Shown here: one piece after another, positions 61,818-64,000 of the stretch
Position numbering within the stretch: the stretch's first letter is position 1
How the letters are laid out: each line of letters opens with the position of its first letter
NCBI GenBank assembly: GCA_963729715.1
Contig: CAVSPA010000010.1
Location: 128,001-192,000 of the forward strand
DNA: 64,000 bases
Direction of reading: 5' to 3'
From: an uncultured delta proteobacterium
GTDB taxonomy: Bacteria > Desulfobacterota > Syntrophia > Syntrophales > UBA2185
The notes under the pieces: model-generated
Told to the model about the DNA's origin: nothing
Databases searched by the model: none
Seen by the model: the letters and a program-made list of their open reading frames with translations, nothing else
Made by a program: the position numbers and the translations under genes

Positions 61818-62732
61818 ATGCTGGAGATGTCTTTGAAAAGTGAAACCGCAAAACTGAATAGAATCATTTCCGTCATTTTCTTGACCATCATATTCATCTG
61901 CGCCGGGTATTCAACATCGTACGCAGAGAAGAACTTCTTGTGGCGTATTCAATCAAAGAGAAACACAGCATATGTGCTTGGTTCTATCCATCTCTTGAAG
62001 AAAGATGTCTATCCCCTCAGCAGAACGATAGAAGGCGCTTTTGAGAAATCGGATGTCCTGGCAGTCGAGACAGACGTCAGTGACATAAGCCGGCTGGATC
62101 TCCAGAAGTTGATGGAGAGTGCCTTTTACCCGGGCGGTGACAGCCTTGAAAAACATGTCTCCGCGAAAACCTTCAACCTCATCAAGGAGGAAACGGCAAG
62201 GGCAGGTTTGCCCATGGAGCTGGTCTATAACCAGCGTCCGTGGTTTTTGGGACTGACGCTGGAGTCGGTAGAACTAATGAAATCAGGCTATGACCCCAAT
62301 TACGGGATAGACAAACATTTTCTTTCAAAAGCTGAAGGCAGGAAAAAGATATCAGAACTGGAGAGTCTTGATTATCAAATTAATCTTCTTGCAGGCTTAA
62401 ACGACGATGAGCAGGAACTGTTTCTATTATATACATTGAAGGAATTAAAAATACTCGTGAAGGAAGTTGATAAACTCGTAGACGCGTGGAAATCCGGTGC
62501 CGTGGAGAAGATGGAGTCGACAGTGACAAAAAGCCTGACTGAGGACAGGCGATTCTATACTATTTATGATAAGCTGATCTATAAGAGAAACAGAAACATG
62601 GCACAAAAAATCGACGGCTACTTGAAGACAAACGGCACGTACTTCGTTGTTGTCGGGGCAGCCCATCTCCTCGGCGATAAAGGAATCATCCAGCTGTTGA
62701 AGGATAAGGGCTATTCCGTAGAACAATTGTAA
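61818..62732 (+). CDS. TraB/GumN family protein
   Basis: FLW, YVLGSIH, GID, LES...Q, RNRNM, FVVVGAAHL.G; start after AAGGAGG. Confidence 0.92.
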   Translation: MLEMSLKSETAKLNRIISVIFLTIIFICAGYSTSYAEKNFLWRIQSKRNTAYVLGSIHLLKKDVYPLSRTIEGAFEKSDVLAVETDVSDISRLDLQKLMESAFYPGGDSLEKHVSAKTFNLIKEETARAGLPMELVYNQRPWFLGLTLESVELMKSGYDPNYGIDKHFLSKAEGRKKISELESLDYQINLLAGLNDDEQELFLLYTLKELKILVKEVDKLVDAWKSGAVEKMESTVTKSLTEDRRFYTIYDKLIYKRNRNMAQKIDGYLKTNGTYFVVVGAAHLLGDKGIIQLLKDKGYSVEQL

Positions 62733-62746
62733 TGAATATCATAAAA

Positions 62747-63346
62747 CTATTGACTGATCTTCAGGCCGCTGGCGAGAAGAAGCATAACCCCCTTTCTCAC
62801 CATCATAACGGCAATGGCAGCGAGCAGAAGGGCAGCAAGCTTGGAAACCGTCCTGGCTCCGGACTTCCCCAAAAGGCGGATGATCGGCGCATAGAGCCAG
62901 AATGTGAAGCCGGCAATCAGTATATTCACGATCAGGGCGGCCACCGTAGCTAAAGGTCCATACTCCTGAACGAGGATTAATATAGTGGTGAGGACGGCAG
63001 GACCGACGATCAGGGGTACACCTAAAGGCACTGCGCCGAGACTCTCCGGATCGATCTGACTCCACCTTCTTTCCATGGACATTAAATCATCGAGGGAAAT
63101 AATAAAGAGGAGGGTTCCACCCGCGATCATGAAATCAGAGACGGTGATACCCAAAAGATCCAGGATCACTTTTCCTACTGCCAGAAAAATAACGGCTACG
63201 ATGGTTGCCGTAACAACGGACTGCACAATAATCCGGTTGATTTTTGGTCTGTCCAGCCCCTCGGTAAAGTTCATGAACATAGGCAGGACGCCGATGACAT
63301 TCACCGCCATGAATATGGGTAAAAAGCAGAACCAGAACCTGTTCAT
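62747..63346 (-). CDS. MarC family membrane protein
   Basis: F.IAGG.LLF, VPLGVPLIVGPA, hydrophobic throughout. Confidence 0.92.
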   Translation of the reverse strand: MNRFWFCFLPIFMAVNVIGVLPMFMNFTEGLDRPKINRIIVQSVVTATIVAVIFLAVGKVILDLLGITVSDFMIAGGTLLFIISLDDLMSMERRWSQIDPESLGAVPLGVPLIVGPAVLTTILILVQEYGPLATVAALIVNILIAGFTFWLYAPIIRLLGKSGARTVSKLAALLLAAIAVMMVRKGVMLLLASGLKISQ

Positions 63347-63545
63347 GGGATCGCTGCCTCACACTTGGTATTATTCTACATTATAAGGAATAGAACAGAA
63401 TAGGACAACAATAATTATGAAAGATACTTGTTACACGCTTGGAATATAGCACAGCGGCAAGAGACGCTGCTGCAATATGTGAATTTTTCTCCGCTGTGGC
63501 GTCCATGAGAAAATACTGTTTTGATAATAGTGGAGACGAATATAA

Positions 63546-64000
63546 ATGATTGATAGAACACCAGAACGGAGTGGAGAACTCTTCAAATCAGGATTTCGCT
63601 GAGCCGAAAGCGTTTTGCTTTCCGTGGCAGAGAGCAAAAATGTTAGATCGGAATTAATTCCGAAAATCGCCAGCGGCTTCTGCGGCGGAATCGCAAGGAC
63701 GAGCGGGATTTGTGGAGCGGTCAGCGGCGCCGTTATGGCGATAAGCATATTTTATGGAAGAGGCTTGCCGGATGAGCCAATCGATAAGAGCTACGTCCCA
63801 GTAAGAAAATTAATAGAAACCTTTGAGAACGAATTCGGTTCGACGAATTGCAGAGAGTTGACAGGGTGCGATCTGGGGACAGACAAAGGCAGGAAGAGAT
63901 ACTTTGCAACGAATATGCTTGAGCGATGCAGAGGTTATACTGAAGAAGCCACAAGAATGGCAATGTCAATTATCGAAAGAAAACCGCAGACGGAAGTTGT
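63546..64000 (+). CDS. C-GCAxxG-C-C family selenoprotein (in-frame TGA read as Sec), 3'-truncated by the window edge; not in ORF track
   Basis: MIDRTPERSGELFKSGFR-[TGA 63600]-AESVL...GFCGG...ICGAVSGA...FGSTNCRELTG...RC; TGA sits at the family's first Cys (GF.CAESV). Confidence 0.88.
63613..63639 (+). promoter_or_regulatory. Bacterial SECIS-like hairpin
   Basis: TTTTGCTTTC-CGTGGCA-GAGAGCAAAA: 10-bp stem starting 10 nt after the TGA, G at the second loop position. Confidence 0.75.

Overview
Bacterial chromosomal window, probably from a deltaproteobacterial (Desulfobacterota, Syntrophales-like) anaerobe; this is inferred from the PxxKW cysteine-rich protein, gene order and apparent selenocysteine usage. 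(1) 1-4137 is the end of an integrative element inserted at a tRNA-Lys(UUU). It carries a tyrosine integrase whose ORF runs into the tRNA, a candidate C4/CI-type antisense RNA with two complementary target sites, and RHH and HEPN genes missed by the ORF track. It also carries TnpV-like, CsgG-like and DUF6804 genes. (2) 4.2-10.5 kb is housekeeping: purA, serA, serC, radA and a PhoB-like regulator with no adjacent kinase. (3) 10.6-27.4 kb is an accessory block: cfa, a cupredoxin plus His-rich partner, a Tat-exported Cys-type formate dehydrogenase operon with an unusual terminal membrane gene, and an acyl-CoA dehydrogenase. (4) 27.4-64 kb is mostly core: ribD, rmlA/rmlC-like, pilD, argS, ffh-rpsP-khpA-rimM-trmD-rplS-rnhB-yraN, a frameshifted ugd, uxs, rsmI, tRNA-Val, thrS-infC(ATA start)-rpmI-rplT-pheS-pheT-ihfA-merR, ptsH-ptsI, plsB and atpZ-atpI-atpB with no atpE. 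At the right edge is a hidden C-GCAxxG-C-C selenoprotein with an in-frame TGA and a SECIS-like hairpin. No CRISPR array or rRNA was seen. All calls come from reading motifs by eye; no searches were run.
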